From contig CAVQBK010000002.1 in assembly GCA_963710755.1 (NCBI GenBank), positions 198,273 through 262,272 on the forward strand: a stretch of DNA of 64,000 bases, in the 5' to 3' direction. Position numbers and translations under genes: made by a program. The DNA is from an uncultured bacterium. GTDB lineage: Bacteria; Oederibacteriota; JAAXVQ01; JAUVAV01. Each line of letters starts with the position of its first letter. Position 1 is the first letter of the stretch. Shown here piece by piece: positions 1 to 13,462 of the stretch. The notes beneath the pieces are model-generated. The model saw only the letters and a list, made by a program, of their open reading frames with translations, made no database searches and was not told the origin of the DNA.

Positions 1-859
1 ATGACGCGGCGATAAAGGTCATTCAAATCGGAAGTAGCAAAACGGCCGCCATCAAGGGGTACCAAGGGGCGTAGTTCCGGCGGAATAACCGGAACGGCTT
101 CCAAGACCATCCATTCCGGTTTGTTACCGGACTTGCGGAAGGCTTCCACTACTTTAAGACGTTTGACCACTTCTTTTTTCTTTTGCAGCGAAGCGGTTTC
201 CATGTCAGCATGGAATTTTTCGGCCATTTCATCCAGATCAATTTCGCGTAACAAATCCCGGATAGCCTCAGCACCCATCTTAGCGGTAAAGGCCGTGCCG
301 TATTGCTCCCTGAATCCGCGGTACTCCTCATCATTGAGCAGCTGCCGTTTGGCCAGGGGGGTATCCCCAGGATCAGTCACAATATAATTTTCATAATAAA
401 TGACTTTTTCCAGCGCCCGGGAAGGAATGTTCAATAAATAGGCAATACGGGAAGGAACTCCCTTAAAGTACCAGATGTGGGTAACCGGCGCTACCAGCTC
501 AATATGTCCCAGCCGTTCCCGACGTACCTTGGCTTGGGTAATCTCCACATTACAGCGATCACAGATCACCCCTTTGTAGCGAATGCGTTTGTACTTGCCG
601 CAAGCACATTCCCAATCCTTAACCGGTCCGAAAATGCGTTCACAAAACAAGCCGTCCCGTTCCGGTTTAAAGGTACGATAATTAATGGTCTCCGGTTTTT
701 TGACTTCCCCGTGGGACCAGCCGCGAATGACTTCCGGAGAAGCCAAGGATATACGGATGGCGTCAAACATCCCTGCAGCCCGGGATTCATAATATTCCCG
801 CTCTTCTTCACGCTCCCGTTGGAGCACTGTCATTTTTTCACCAAAGCCGCCTTCCACTC

Positions 860-863
<4 letters not shown>
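1..863 (-). CDS. rpoC: DNA-directed RNA polymerase beta' subunit, N-terminal part (runs off the window edge)
   Basis: Not in the ORF track because it is open at the edge. ATG at 863 overlaps the rpoB TGA (ATGA), with AGGAGG upstream. Manual translation gives [44 protein letters not shown], a zinc-finger region, and [22 protein letters not shown]. Confidence 0.97.
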
Positions 864-4636
<3,773 letters not shown>

Positions 4637-4762
4637 GCAGTCTCCTCCTCACCCCAAAACGGAACTGGAATAAAAGATAATAGAATAGATCAAGGGTCAT
4701 TGACCCCGACCGCGTAAAAAAGATTTGGACACACTAATCCCATTGACAAATGTAGAGTAAAG

Positions 4763-4791
4763 AAGATATGACAGCATGGTTTATTTGTCAA
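4763..4791 (-). promoter_or_regulatory. sigma70-type promoter for rpoBC
   Basis: Minus strand TTGACA-17 nt-TATCTT, about 125 nt upstream of the rpoB ATG. Confidence 0.6.
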
Positions 4792-4808
4792 GGTTAATTT
4801 TGCCTAAT

Positions 4809-5558
4809 TTATCCTGAGGTGACCACCAGTCCGTTATTTTTCAAAACCCGGGCAGCTGCCTGCCATTGCCTAAAGGTAGGCGGTTTTAAGCTCGCCAATG
4901 GATAGGTCAATCCCAGCTCCTGCCATTTGTGTGCCCCCAAGCGATGATAACTGATCATTTCAATTTCAGGCAGATGAGGTAAACTGCGGGCATAATCAGC
5001 CAGCGCCTGCAGCTCGCCCGGCGCATCATTGATGCCGGGCAGGAGCACGCGGCGAATCAGCAACCGCCCTGCTTGTCGGGCCGCCAAGCGGCCAAAGGTC
5101 AGCACATCATCATTAAATTTCCCGGTTATTTGCTTATGCAGGTCGCGATCACAGGCCTTGACATCAAGCATAACCAAGTCCGTCACAGCCAAGAGGTTAT
5201 TTTGATTTTTCACATGACAAGTCCCATTGGTGTCCAGGGCTGTGCTGAGACCCAGACGATGGGCGCATTTAAACAAGCCTACTACAAAGTCAGGTTGAAG
5301 GCTTGGTTCTCCACCGGAGACCGTTACGCCGCCGTGATGTTTGGCCAAATAAGGCACCAAAGTTGTCAACCGTTCTTCCGCTTCGGCCAGACTGATTTTT
5401 TGCGATCCTTTGATTGACCAGGTATCCGGATTCTGGCAAAAGGTACACCGGTAGTTGCAACCGGCTAGAAAAAACACGCACCGCAAGCCCGGCCCATCAC
5501 GTGTGCCCAGGGTTTCAATGGAATGTACCCGTCCTATAATCTTATTTTTACGAGGCAT
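4809..5558 (-). CDS. pflA: Pyruvate formate-lyase activating enzyme (radical SAM)
   Basis: GRVHSIETLGTRDGPGLR, CxxxCxxC (CNYRCTFC), GGVTVSGGEP; next to pflB. Start moved to ATG 5558, which follows a GGGGGA RBS. Confidence 0.95.
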   Translation of the reverse strand: MPRKNKIIGRVHSIETLGTRDGPGLRCVFFLAGCNYRCTFCQNPDTWSIKGSQKISLAEAEERLTTLVPYLAKHHGGVTVSGGEPSLQPDFVVGLFKCAHRLGLSTALDTNGTCHVKNQNNLLAVTDLVMLDVKACDRDLHKQITGKFNDDVLTFGRLAARQAGRLLIRRVLLPGINDAPGELQALADYARSLPHLPEIEMISYHRLGAHKWQELGLTYPLASLKPPTFRQWQAAARVLKNNGLVVTSG

Positions 5559-5660
5559 GCTGTCCCCCTTTATTCCATCAAAGGCACTTAAACGCTGCCA
5601 AGGCGCAAGCAAGGCAGGAGTTCACACCGGTGAAATATTATTGACGCCGAGTTGGCCTGC

Positions 5661-7898
5661 TTAGATCATCTCATGGAAAGTGCGGCGAAGTATTTCTTCC
5701 TGATGCTCCCGGGAAAGCTTGGTGAAGTGGACCGCATAACCGGAAACGCGAATCGTCAGCTGGGGATAATTTTCCGGATGCTTCATGGCATCACGCAGCA
5801 AGTCTCGATCCAGCACATTGACATTGATGTGATGGCCGCCTTTGGTGAAATAGCCATCAAGCAAATCATTTAAGTTGTCCTGGCGGACCTGACCGTCACG
5901 TCCCAGGGCTTGGGGCACAATGGAAAAGGTATTGGAGATACCGTCCATGGCCGCATAATAGGGCAATTTGGAAATGGAGTTGAGGCTGGCCAGAACACCA
6001 TTTTTCTCCCTGCCAAACATGGGATTGGCGCCAGGTGCAAAGGGCTCCCCTTTTTTTCGGCCATCAGGAGTGGCGCCGGTTTTCTTACCATAAAGCACAT
6101 TACTGGTGATGGTTAAAATGGACAAGGTCGGTGTGGCCCGGCGATAAATGGGATGCTTGCGCAGCTCGGTGATAAAGGTGATGATCAAATCGCGGGCGCG
6201 GTTATCAGCCCGTTCATCATCATTGCCAAAAGCAGGATAGTCGCCTTTAATAATGAAGTCCGTGGTTAACCCTTGTTTGTTCCTCACAGGCTCCACCTTG
6301 GCGTAGCGGATGGCACATAGCGAATCCACCACCACCGATAAGCCGGCTATGCCAAAAGCCATTAACCGGTCCACCTCCGTATCCAGCAGGGCCATTTGTG
6401 AACTTTCGTAATAGTAGCGGTCATGAGACCAATGGATCACATTCATGATATTGACATATTTTTCCGCCAACCAGGATAAGACCAGGACAAAATTTTCATG
6501 CACCTCGTCATAGTTTAAAAATTTACTCTTTAGTTTGGGCACATGGGGAACCACCAGTTCCCCATGAATCTCATCGCGGCCCTCGTTGAGGGCCAGTAAC
6601 AAGGCTTTGCCCAGATTGCAACGGGCTCCAAAATATTGCATCTGACTGCCCATTTTCAAGAGAGACACACAGCAGGAAATGCCGTAATCATCACCGGCAA
6701 TGGGGCGCATTAAATCGTCATTTTCATACTGCAAGGAACTGCTTTTAATGGCCATTTGGGCAGCAAAATTCTTCCAACCCTGGGGCAGGCGTGGCGAATA
6801 AAGAATGGTTAAATTAGGCTCCGGTGCGGGACCCAGATTATTAAGGCTTTGCAGAAACCGGAAATCCGTTTTGGTTACCTTGGACCGGCCATCGCTGCCC
6901 ATGCCGCCCAACACCAGGGTCACCCAAACAGGATCACCGGCAAATATCTCATCATACTCAGGCGGCCGCAATTGCCTGATCATGCGCAGCTTGATCACGA
7001 AATCATCAATTAATTCCTGGGCCCCGGGCTCGGTCAACCGGCGGGCTTTAAAGTCACGCTCAATATAAATATCAAAAAAAGCCGAGAGATGGCCAATGGA
7101 CATGGCGGCACCATCGGATTCCTTGGCTGCCGCCAGGTAGGCCAAATAGGTCCACTGAATGGCTTCCTGAGTGTTTTTGGCAGGCTGGTTCAAATTAAAT
7201 CCATACCGTTTCCCCAGTTCGTTTAATTCCTCCAAGGCCTGGATTTGCTGGGCCACCTCTTCGCGCAGACGAATGGTCTTGGTGTCCATGCTCTCGTGGT
7301 CAATCTTGATTAAGTCCTTTTTCTTTTCCGCGATGAGATACTCCAGCCCATAGAGGGCCACGCGTCGATAATCCCCGATGATCCGTCCCCGGGCATAATT
7401 ATCAGGCAGGCCGGTAATGATGCCCAGCCGTCTTAATTTTTTCATTTCTTCCGTATAAATGGCGAAGACCGCATCATTATGGGACTTGCGGTACTTGGTG
7501 TAAATTTCAGTGATTTTGGGGTCCAGTTCAAAGCCATGGGCTTGACAGGCTTTTTGCACCACCCGGACGCCGCCGACCGGTTTAATGGACCGCTTAAGCG
7601 GCTTGTCGGTCTGCAAGCCCACGATTTTTTCCTGTTTCCGGTCAATATAGCCGGCCTGATGGGAAATAATACTGCTCGGGGTTTTGACATCAATGTCCAA
7701 CACGCCGCCGCGATCCCGTTCCTGAGTCATGAGGGCCGTTACTTTTTTCCACAGTTTGGTGGTACGGGGAGTGGCGGAAGCCAGGAAGGCTTCGTCGCCA
7801 TCATAGGGTTTATAGTTGCGGTAAATAAAATCCTGCAGATCGGTCTTAACACACCAGCGCCCGGATTTGAATGTTTGATGCTGTTTGACAGTAGCCAT
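5661..7898 (-). CDS. pflB: Pyruvate formate-lyase (formate C-acetyltransferase)
   Basis: 745 aa with the ISCCVS double-Cys active site and the C-terminal glycyl-radical motif [10 protein letters not shown]. Confidence 0.97.
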   Translation of the reverse strand: MATVKQHQTFKSGRWCVKTDLQDFIYRNYKPYDGDEAFLASATPRTTKLWKKVTALMTQERDRGGVLDIDVKTPSSIISHQAGYIDRKQEKIVGLQTDKPLKRSIKPVGGVRVVQKACQAHGFELDPKITEIYTKYRKSHNDAVFAIYTEEMKKLRRLGIITGLPDNYARGRIIGDYRRVALYGLEYLIAEKKKDLIKIDHESMDTKTIRLREEVAQQIQALEELNELGKRYGFNLNQPAKNTQEAIQWTYLAYLAAAKESDGAAMSIGHLSAFFDIYIERDFKARRLTEPGAQELIDDFVIKLRMIRQLRPPEYDEIFAGDPVWVTLVLGGMGSDGRSKVTKTDFRFLQSLNNLGPAPEPNLTILYSPRLPQGWKNFAAQMAIKSSSLQYENDDLMRPIAGDDYGISCCVSLLKMGSQMQYFGARCNLGKALLLALNEGRDEIHGELVVPHVPKLKSKFLNYDEVHENFVLVLSWLAEKYVNIMNVIHWSHDRYYYESSQMALLDTEVDRLMAFGIAGLSVVVDSLCAIRYAKVEPVRNKQGLTTDFIIKGDYPAFGNDDERADNRARDLIITFITELRKHPIYRRATPTLSILTITSNVLYGKKTGATPDGRKKGEPFAPGANPMFGREKNGVLASLNSISKLPYYAAMDGISNTFSIVPQALGRDGQVRQDNLNDLLDGYFTKGGHHINVNVLDRDLLRDAMKHPENYPQLTIRVSGYAVHFTKLSREHQEEILRRTFHEMI

Positions 7899-7923
7899 TA
7901 TTAAGCCCCTTTCTTGAGCCTAA

Positions 7924-7971
7924 ACGAAAAACGCCCAGACTCCCACTTTGATAAAGCGGATAGCCCAGGCG
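7924..7971 (-). terminator. Intrinsic terminator forming the riboswitch expression platform
   Basis: Minus strand CGCCTGGGCT-ATCCGCTTT-ATC-AAAGTGGGA-GTCTGGGCG-TTTTTCG: a hairpin plus U-tract whose 5' arm overlaps the aptamer's 3' end. Confidence 0.75.
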
Positions 7972-8046
7972 GTCGGCTACAACGCAATGCCTTGTGTCAC
8001 AATGCTCCCTGATGGTCTTCCATCCGGCGCCAGTCGCATTGGTCAA
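7962..8046 (-). ncRNA. ZMP/ZTP (pfl motif) riboswitch aptamer
   Basis: Minus strand AATGCGACTGGCGCCGGATGGAAGACCATCAGGGAGCATT-linker-GCCGACCGCCTGGGC matches the pfl/ZTP consensus (GACUGGCG..GGGAGC; GCCGAyCGCCUGGGC); directly upstream of pflB. Confidence 0.9.
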
Positions 8047-8157
8047 GGTAATTCCTGCTATTCTTTTATCAAAAAGAGACTCCAACTGTCAAGCCCATTA
8101 TTAGGAATCATTCCTAATTTAATAAAATTGGCCTCAACTTTTGCTTAATATCCGGGA

Positions 8158-8784
8158 TTATTCAAAGACCAGGGCTGTGGGCCGAATCCATTTATCTCCA
8201 ACCATGACCCATTGCCCCTGGCGCAATTCAAAATAAAAAGTAACCGGTTGCCAAACATAAGTCTCTTTCACCGCATCATCAAGGTGATAGGTAATCTGCA
8301 GTTCATAATGAGCGGCTGTATGTTTTTTATTTTCGTATTTGATATCCACCTTAGTCTCATCGGTTTCCATCAGCAACTCTTCCGGAAAACGTGAAGGCAA
8401 ACGATGTTTCATCTGCTCGCGCCCCCAATCCAGTTTTTCAGGGAGCATTTCTTTGACCATGACTTCAAACTGGCCGGCCACTGCCGGTTCAACTTGCATG
8501 GATTTAGGCTTGTTGGCCTCTGGTTCCAACAATCTCATGACAGCCCTGGTGCCCCAGAATAAGGTTAGTGCCCCAGCCACCACATAAAAGGTCATAAGCC
8601 AGAAACGCCTGGACCTGCTCAGGCTGTGCAAGATCGTCAAGAGTTGGCGGCCTTTGCCATTTTGTGCAGGCAATGGCCCGGGAGCGCCGGCTTCTACTGT
8701 ATTCGGGTTAACCGTTTTTCCACAAAGAGAACAGATGACCGCTTCATCATCCAGCGGTTGGCCACAGTGAGGACATGATTGCAT
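8158..8784 (-). CDS. Hypothetical membrane protein with N-terminal zinc ribbon
   Basis: CPHCG-x9-CSLCG at the N-terminus, one hydrophobic TM segment, GGGAG RBS. Confidence 0.7.
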   Translation of the reverse strand: MQSCPHCGQPLDDEAVICSLCGKTVNPNTVEAGAPGPLPAQNGKGRQLLTILHSLSRSRRFWLMTFYVVAGALTLFWGTRAVMRLLEPEANKPKSMQVEPAVAGQFEVMVKEMLPEKLDWGREQMKHRLPSRFPEELLMETDETKVDIKYENKKHTAAHYELQITYHLDDAVKETYVWQPVTFYFELRQGQWVMVGDKWIRPTALVFE

Positions 8785-8972
8785 AGGCTTTCTCCCTTTT
8801 GGGCAGCATTAAGGACTTAACTTAACTAAGACGGCAAAGCTGGGAAGGCCGTTGCTCACGCATACCCGTACCGGGCCCAGGCAGCCCAAAGGGTACAAAG
8901 TTGCAGATGTTATGAAACTGACCTCTTATTATTAAGTTTAGCCTATGGATACAGCTGATGCAAGTCAAGGTC

Positions 8973-10025
8973 TTAACGGACTCTTTTTAATTTCCATAAT
9001 TCAAAAGCTTTGACCAGGACCTCATCAACGGTTAAGTCATCCAGGCAGGTACGGGCAGGTTGGCTGCATTTTTCCTGATGACAGGGACGGCAAGGCACAT
9101 CGCGATAAATGGCCACATGAAAGGGTGATTTGGGATTATTGTTGATGAAATCAGTGGGTCCGTAACAGATCAAGGTGGGCACTTGAAAAGCTTCCGCAAA
9201 ATATTTGGGACCCGAGTCATTGCCAATGAACAGCGCAGCCCCGCTGATGGCGGCCGCCGCCTGACGCAGGGGAAAGTTGATCATCTTCACCACCGGATGG
9301 GTCATAGCCGCAGCACAGGCCTCAATTAAACCAGCTTCCGCCTCGGTTCCTGAAAGCACTATTTGGCAACCTGTTTCCTGAGCCAGGCGCTGTCCCACGG
9401 CGCCAAATTTTTCGGGTGCCCAACATTTTAAAGGCCAGCCGCCACCAGGAGAAATGATCACATAAGGCCGATGGCTGTCCCATTTTTGCACCTTTAGCTT
9501 GGCCGTGGCCTGGCGATGGTCCTCCTTGGAGAGAAAGAATTCCAGCTGTTGATCAGTTCCGGTCCAACCCAAGGTCCGGGCAAATTGCAAATTTAAGGCC
9601 ACCACATAACGCTGTTCAGCCACAATGCGGTCATGGTAAAAATGACGCCGGACCCGCAAATTAAAGCCCATCCGCCGGGGCACACCCGCCATGGCGCCCC
9701 ACAAAGCGGTGCGCAGGCTTCCATAAAGGTCGATATAAAGATCCACTTTTTTTTGTTTAATGGCCTGTACCATACGAAAATGATGCTGCGCCTGAGCCCA
9801 AGCGCCGCCTTGGCGCAAGGCTTGAACCGGATGGGCCCAAAAAGCATCCACCCGGGGATGATGAGCAAAGAGCTCGGCATAGGTCTCGTCGGCCACCATG
9901 GTCAGTTTGGCCTGCGGAAAGCGTTCTTTAAGCGCACGCAGCAAAGGAAAAGCCGTCAGCACATCGCCCAAAGCCCGTAGTTTGACCACCATGATTTCCT
10001 GAACAGTTAGTTCATCCCATTTCAT
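8973..10025 (-). CDS. Glycosyltransferase family 9 (LPS heptosyltransferase-like)
   Basis: LRALGDVL, PGGGWPLKCW, GNDSGPKY, and the C-terminal CRPC..C motif typical of GT9. Confidence 0.9.
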   Translation of the reverse strand: MKWDELTVQEIMVVKLRALGDVLTAFPLLRALKERFPQAKLTMVADETYAELFAHHPRVDAFWAHPVQALRQGGAWAQAQHHFRMVQAIKQKKVDLYIDLYGSLRTALWGAMAGVPRRMGFNLRVRRHFYHDRIVAEQRYVVALNLQFARTLGWTGTDQQLEFFLSKEDHRQATAKLKVQKWDSHRPYVIISPGGGWPLKCWAPEKFGAVGQRLAQETGCQIVLSGTEAEAGLIEACAAAMTHPVVKMINFPLRQAAAAISGAALFIGNDSGPKYFAEAFQVPTLICYGPTDFINNNPKSPFHVAIYRDVPCRPCHQEKCSQPARTCLDDLTVDEVLVKAFELWKLKRVR

Positions 10026-10065
10026 TGTTTGCCCATACCTGCCCTGTAAATTCTAAATACTTTAT

Positions 10066-10170
10066 CACAGCAAGGTGGGAAGCACAGGAAGAAGATCAAA
10101 ATAGTTTTTATATTTAGGATCTATTAATAATATCTTAGATCTTTCCTACCGTGCTTCCCGCCTTCCTGTG
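10066..10170. repeat. Long imperfect inverted repeat with an AT-rich centre
   Basis: CACAGCAAGGTGGGAAGCAC(AGGAAGAAGATC) pairs with (GATCTTTCCT)ACCGTGCTTCCCGCCTTCCTGTG; outer arms match at 18/20. Confidence 0.7.
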
Positions 10171-10227
10171 AAATATTTTTTCAGTTATGATGCTCTAAAA
10201 AAAACGCAGCTCTTGCCGGCATAAGAC

Positions 10228-12501
10228 CTAAACGGTGTCCTTATTTTTTTTATCATGGGGTTCTTTCTTTTTTATCACCTGCTTGAGCAGATCCATGATT
10301 CCGTCCGGGGTTACTTCCATCCAGCAAGCCAGCTCATTGCATACATCTTTATGGCAGGGCCAACAAGCCGGTGCGGCATGCACCGCCCGGTGTCCTGATT
10401 TCTCTGGATAAGGAAACCAAATAGCCGGATCACTGGGGCCGAACAACCCGATGGTGGGCGTACCAGCTGCCGGGCCTAAATGCATGGGAAACGCATCATT
10501 GGACACCACGGCTGCGCACCGGCGCCACAAGGCGGCCAAACGGCTGGGCGGCAAGCCTTCCACGCTTAAAGAAAGCTTGCCGGCTGCGTGCATGTAATCC
10601 AGTTTCAGCTCTTTTTCCAAAGGTCCGAAAACAAAAATACATTTCATGCCCAGTTCTTTGGGTGTGCGCTGGGCCAGCTCCAAAAAGTTTTTAAGCGGCC
10701 ACCGTTTGGCTTGGTGGCTGCCACCGGCAAACAGCCCGATAATTTTCCCCGGCGTGACCTGCCGTTCTTTCAGGAAGCTGGTGATCCATAAATCATCTTC
10801 CTCGGTGATCACCCAGCGTGGCCGTAATGACAATTGACGCATGCCAAAAGTTCTTAAAATATCATAAAACGATTCCCAGGCCGGCCGGACGCCCGGCTGA
10901 TCAGCTTCGGTACGATAATCATAGAGCAGATCCCAAGCTGTGACCTTGGGTCCGATCCGGAAGCGTGCGCCGCTGACCAACGTCAGCAGGACCGTGCGGG
11001 GATTGCCGAAAAGATCACAGACCGCATCATAATTTTGTTGGCGCAGAGTCCTGACCATGTTCCACCATGCCAAGAGTCCTTGCCTGGGCAAAGAGTAGAC
11101 ATGATCCCACAACGGCTCCCCTGCCGACGCCCCCACGGAAGAAGGCTCCGTTAACAAGTCCACCCGGCTTCCGGGATAATCCCGTTTGACCAGACGGGCT
11201 ACAGGAGAGGCCAGCAGCACGTCCCCGCGAAAACGGGGGCGCAAAAATAGAAGATTTGGTTTTTCCGGCAAACGCCATACCGGACCTGGCCCTGCATTCT
11301 CAAAATAAGCCGGCAGTAAGCCGCTTAGAAAATAAACAATGGTGATGACCTGGGAAGTCCCAAAATTGAATTCAAACAACCCATTAATCAGGAATCCCAG
11401 CATACCGGCGGTAATGCCCAGCACCACAGCTGCCTGATCGGGCTTTTGCTGCCGCAGGCGTTGCCAAGCAGCATAGCCATAAAGCAGCAGCACAATCATC
11501 CACCACAAGTACAGGCCTGCAGCTAACAAACCGCCATTGATGGCCATTTGCAGGATGGTGTTGTGTACATGCGGAGGCCGCTGTTCAATGGCTTTGGGGT
11601 TGGCTACCGGTCCGTAGTGCACCGATAAATTGTCTACCCCATACCCGCGCAAGGGGCGCTGCTTGATCAGCTTCAAGGCGCTTACCCACATAAAGCGGCG
11701 CTCCACATTGCTCGATTGGTATTTGGAGTTGATGGAAAACACCCGTTGAGCTACAGGTGTATGTGGAAACAGGGCCAACAACATTACGGCCACGGCTAAC
11801 AGGAGAGCAGGTAAACGCCAATTCTTCAGGGCGCCCACCACCAGCAAGGCCACGGCTGCGCCGATCCAGGAAGAGCGGGTATAGGTGAAAACCAGTGCCA
11901 GGCCCAACACCAAGGAAAGTCCCAAATAACGCCAAGGGCGAACTTTTTTGGCATATAAGAAACGACTGACACTAATAACCAGACTAAGCATGTACATCCC
12001 ACCGGCAGCCATATAATCACCGGAAAAGGAATGAGCCCGGCCACCATCCCAACCCAACAGATGGCTGATGATGGACCAAACCGCGCAGATGCCGGCGCCC
12101 ACGAGAAAAAGGTTTACGGCGCGATCGGCTTTTAAGGGATGGCGAATCACATTGGCGGTCATGAAAAAAATAAGCATAAGCCCGACCTTGCGCACGCCGA
12201 AAAGACTGCTATTAAGCCTTCCTTCCCAAAGCGAAGCGCCGATCAGGACGACCGCCAGCAGGATCAAGGGCCAATTGATGGGTGTTTTAATAAAAAAAGG
12301 TCGTCTTGTAAGCAGCACCCACACCACCCAGGCCGCCAGACCTAAATAGATGATATTTTGCATACTGATACTGGCCACCGCTACGAGGGCAAAAAAAGGA
12401 ACGCTCCAGCGGGCAATCCGTTCTGTGATCAACGCCCAAGCTGCGCTTTTGGGCGTGAGTTGGGAAGATTGGTCCGGGACGGTATCCGACTCTTGGTTCA
12501 T
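10228..12501 (-). CDS. Fusion of an O-antigen ligase/Wzy_C-family membrane domain and a C-terminal GT9 domain
   Basis: N-terminal ~400 aa is multi-TM with TYTRSSW, R..MW..A.KLIKQRPLRGYG and PHVHNTILQ. C-terminal ~340 aa has RFRGDVLL, AKRWP, SNDAFPMHL and CWPC. One uninterrupted frame; the likely ATG at 12501 overlaps the upstream TGA. Confidence 0.85.
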   Translation of the reverse strand: MNQESDTVPDQSSQLTPKSAAWALITERIARWSVPFFALVAVASISMQNIIYLGLAAWVVWVLLTRRPFFIKTPINWPLILLAVVLIGASLWEGRLNSSLFGVRKVGLMLIFFMTANVIRHPLKADRAVNLFLVGAGICAVWSIISHLLGWDGGRAHSFSGDYMAAGGMYMLSLVISVSRFLYAKKVRPWRYLGLSLVLGLALVFTYTRSSWIGAAVALLVVGALKNWRLPALLLAVAVMLLALFPHTPVAQRVFSINSKYQSSNVERRFMWVSALKLIKQRPLRGYGVDNLSVHYGPVANPKAIEQRPPHVHNTILQMAINGGLLAAGLYLWWMIVLLLYGYAAWQRLRQQKPDQAAVVLGITAGMLGFLINGLFEFNFGTSQVITIVYFLSGLLPAYFENAGPGPVWRLPEKPNLLFLRPRFRGDVLLASPVARLVKRDYPGSRVDLLTEPSSVGASAGEPLWDHVYSLPRQGLLAWWNMVRTLRQQNYDAVCDLFGNPRTVLLTLVSGARFRIGPKVTAWDLLYDYRTEADQPGVRPAWESFYDILRTFGMRQLSLRPRWVITEEDDLWITSFLKERQVTPGKIIGLFAGGSHQAKRWPLKNFLELAQRTPKELGMKCIFVFGPLEKELKLDYMHAAGKLSLSVEGLPPSRLAALWRRCAAVVSNDAFPMHLGPAAGTPTIGLFGPSDPAIWFPYPEKSGHRAVHAAPACWPCHKDVCNELACWMEVTPDGIMDLLKQVIKKKEPHDKKNKDTV

Positions 12502-13226
12502 CGCTTCCTCCAAGCACGGTATTTAAGATACCACGGTGATACTTTGCGTTTAAAATCCATGAGTTGATCTGACCCCTTCACATAAATACGCCGCAGGGCC
12601 CAGGGATCCTCAGTCACTGAGGCTGTGCCCGGCGAAATAGCGCAGGCTGTCTCGTAGCCCGCCTTTTTTACTTCGGCACGGGCATTTTTATCCCAGGCAC
12701 CGTAAGGATAGCAAAAACTCTTAATCGCGCAGTCAAAAAGCTGCTCCAAGGTGATCTTGGAGCCTTTGACCTCATCCTTCAAAGCTATCGGCTCCATTTC
12801 CGGCAACGATTGATGGGTCAAGCCATGGGACCCCAGCTCCCAGCCGTCATCTACCAAGTGCTGACAGGATCTTCGGTCCATACAAGGCAGAATGGGTACT
12901 GACTGGTGCTGGTCCCAAAGATTGTGCTTGCCTAAAGCATGGGGCACTAAGAAAACGGTAGCTGTAAAGCCATGTTGGTCCAGGACGGGTTTGGCAAGAT
13001 CAGCCACGCTCTGATAGCCATCGTCAAAAGTGATGACCACCGGTCTCGACGGTAATTCATCCTTTTCTTGCAAAAATGCCGCCAGACGCTCCATGGAAAC
13101 CGTGTTATAACCCTTGCGTTTTAACCACGCCATTTGACGCTCAAAGGCCTTAATCGAGACCACCAGATCCGAGTGGACTGAGCCCTCAGCCTGGAGATGA
13201 TGGTACATTAAAATAGGTATATTCAT
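12498..13226 (-). CDS. Polysaccharide deacetylase (CE4/NodB family)
   Basis: IPILMYHH, VITFDDGY, GSHGLTH, FCYPYG. Confidence 0.92.
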   Translation of the reverse strand: MNIPILMYHHLQAEGSVHSDLVVSIKAFERQMAWLKRKGYNTVSMERLAAFLQEKDELPSRPVVITFDDGYQSVADLAKPVLDQHGFTATVFLVPHALGKHNLWDQHQSVPILPCMDRRSCQHLVDDGWELGSHGLTHQSLPEMEPIALKDEVKGSKITLEQLFDCAIKSFCYPYGAWDKNARAEVKKAGYETACAISPGTASVTEDPWALRRIYVKGSDQLMDFKRKVSPWYLKYRAWRKR

Positions 13227-13462
13227 GATCCCTCAGTCGCCCTGCGCTGTTATAAAAACAGCCTTTTGTAATAAGCTCTGCTGTCCCCCTCAGACCCGGT
13301 GACGCTCGGTAAGCCCCCCCTGCAACACCCTGGGCAGACTTTATCCCTGGGTAAAGGCGGAGCCGTTGCACGGTAAAAAGCTTGAATAAACCAGGAAGAT
13401 TAGCATAATTCCACTAAAAACGGAAGGCTTTAAGCGCATTTTTTATCGGTTAACCCTTGGAC

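Noticed and set aside
8800-8910. GC-rich structured leader with GGCAAA, reminiscent of a c-di-GMP-I riboswitch
   Set aside because: The motif is on the strand opposite the downstream gene and lacks the GAAA/GACGCAAA architecture.
13280-13375. Nested hairpins upstream of the deacetylase
   Set aside because: No match to any RNA consensus I recognise.
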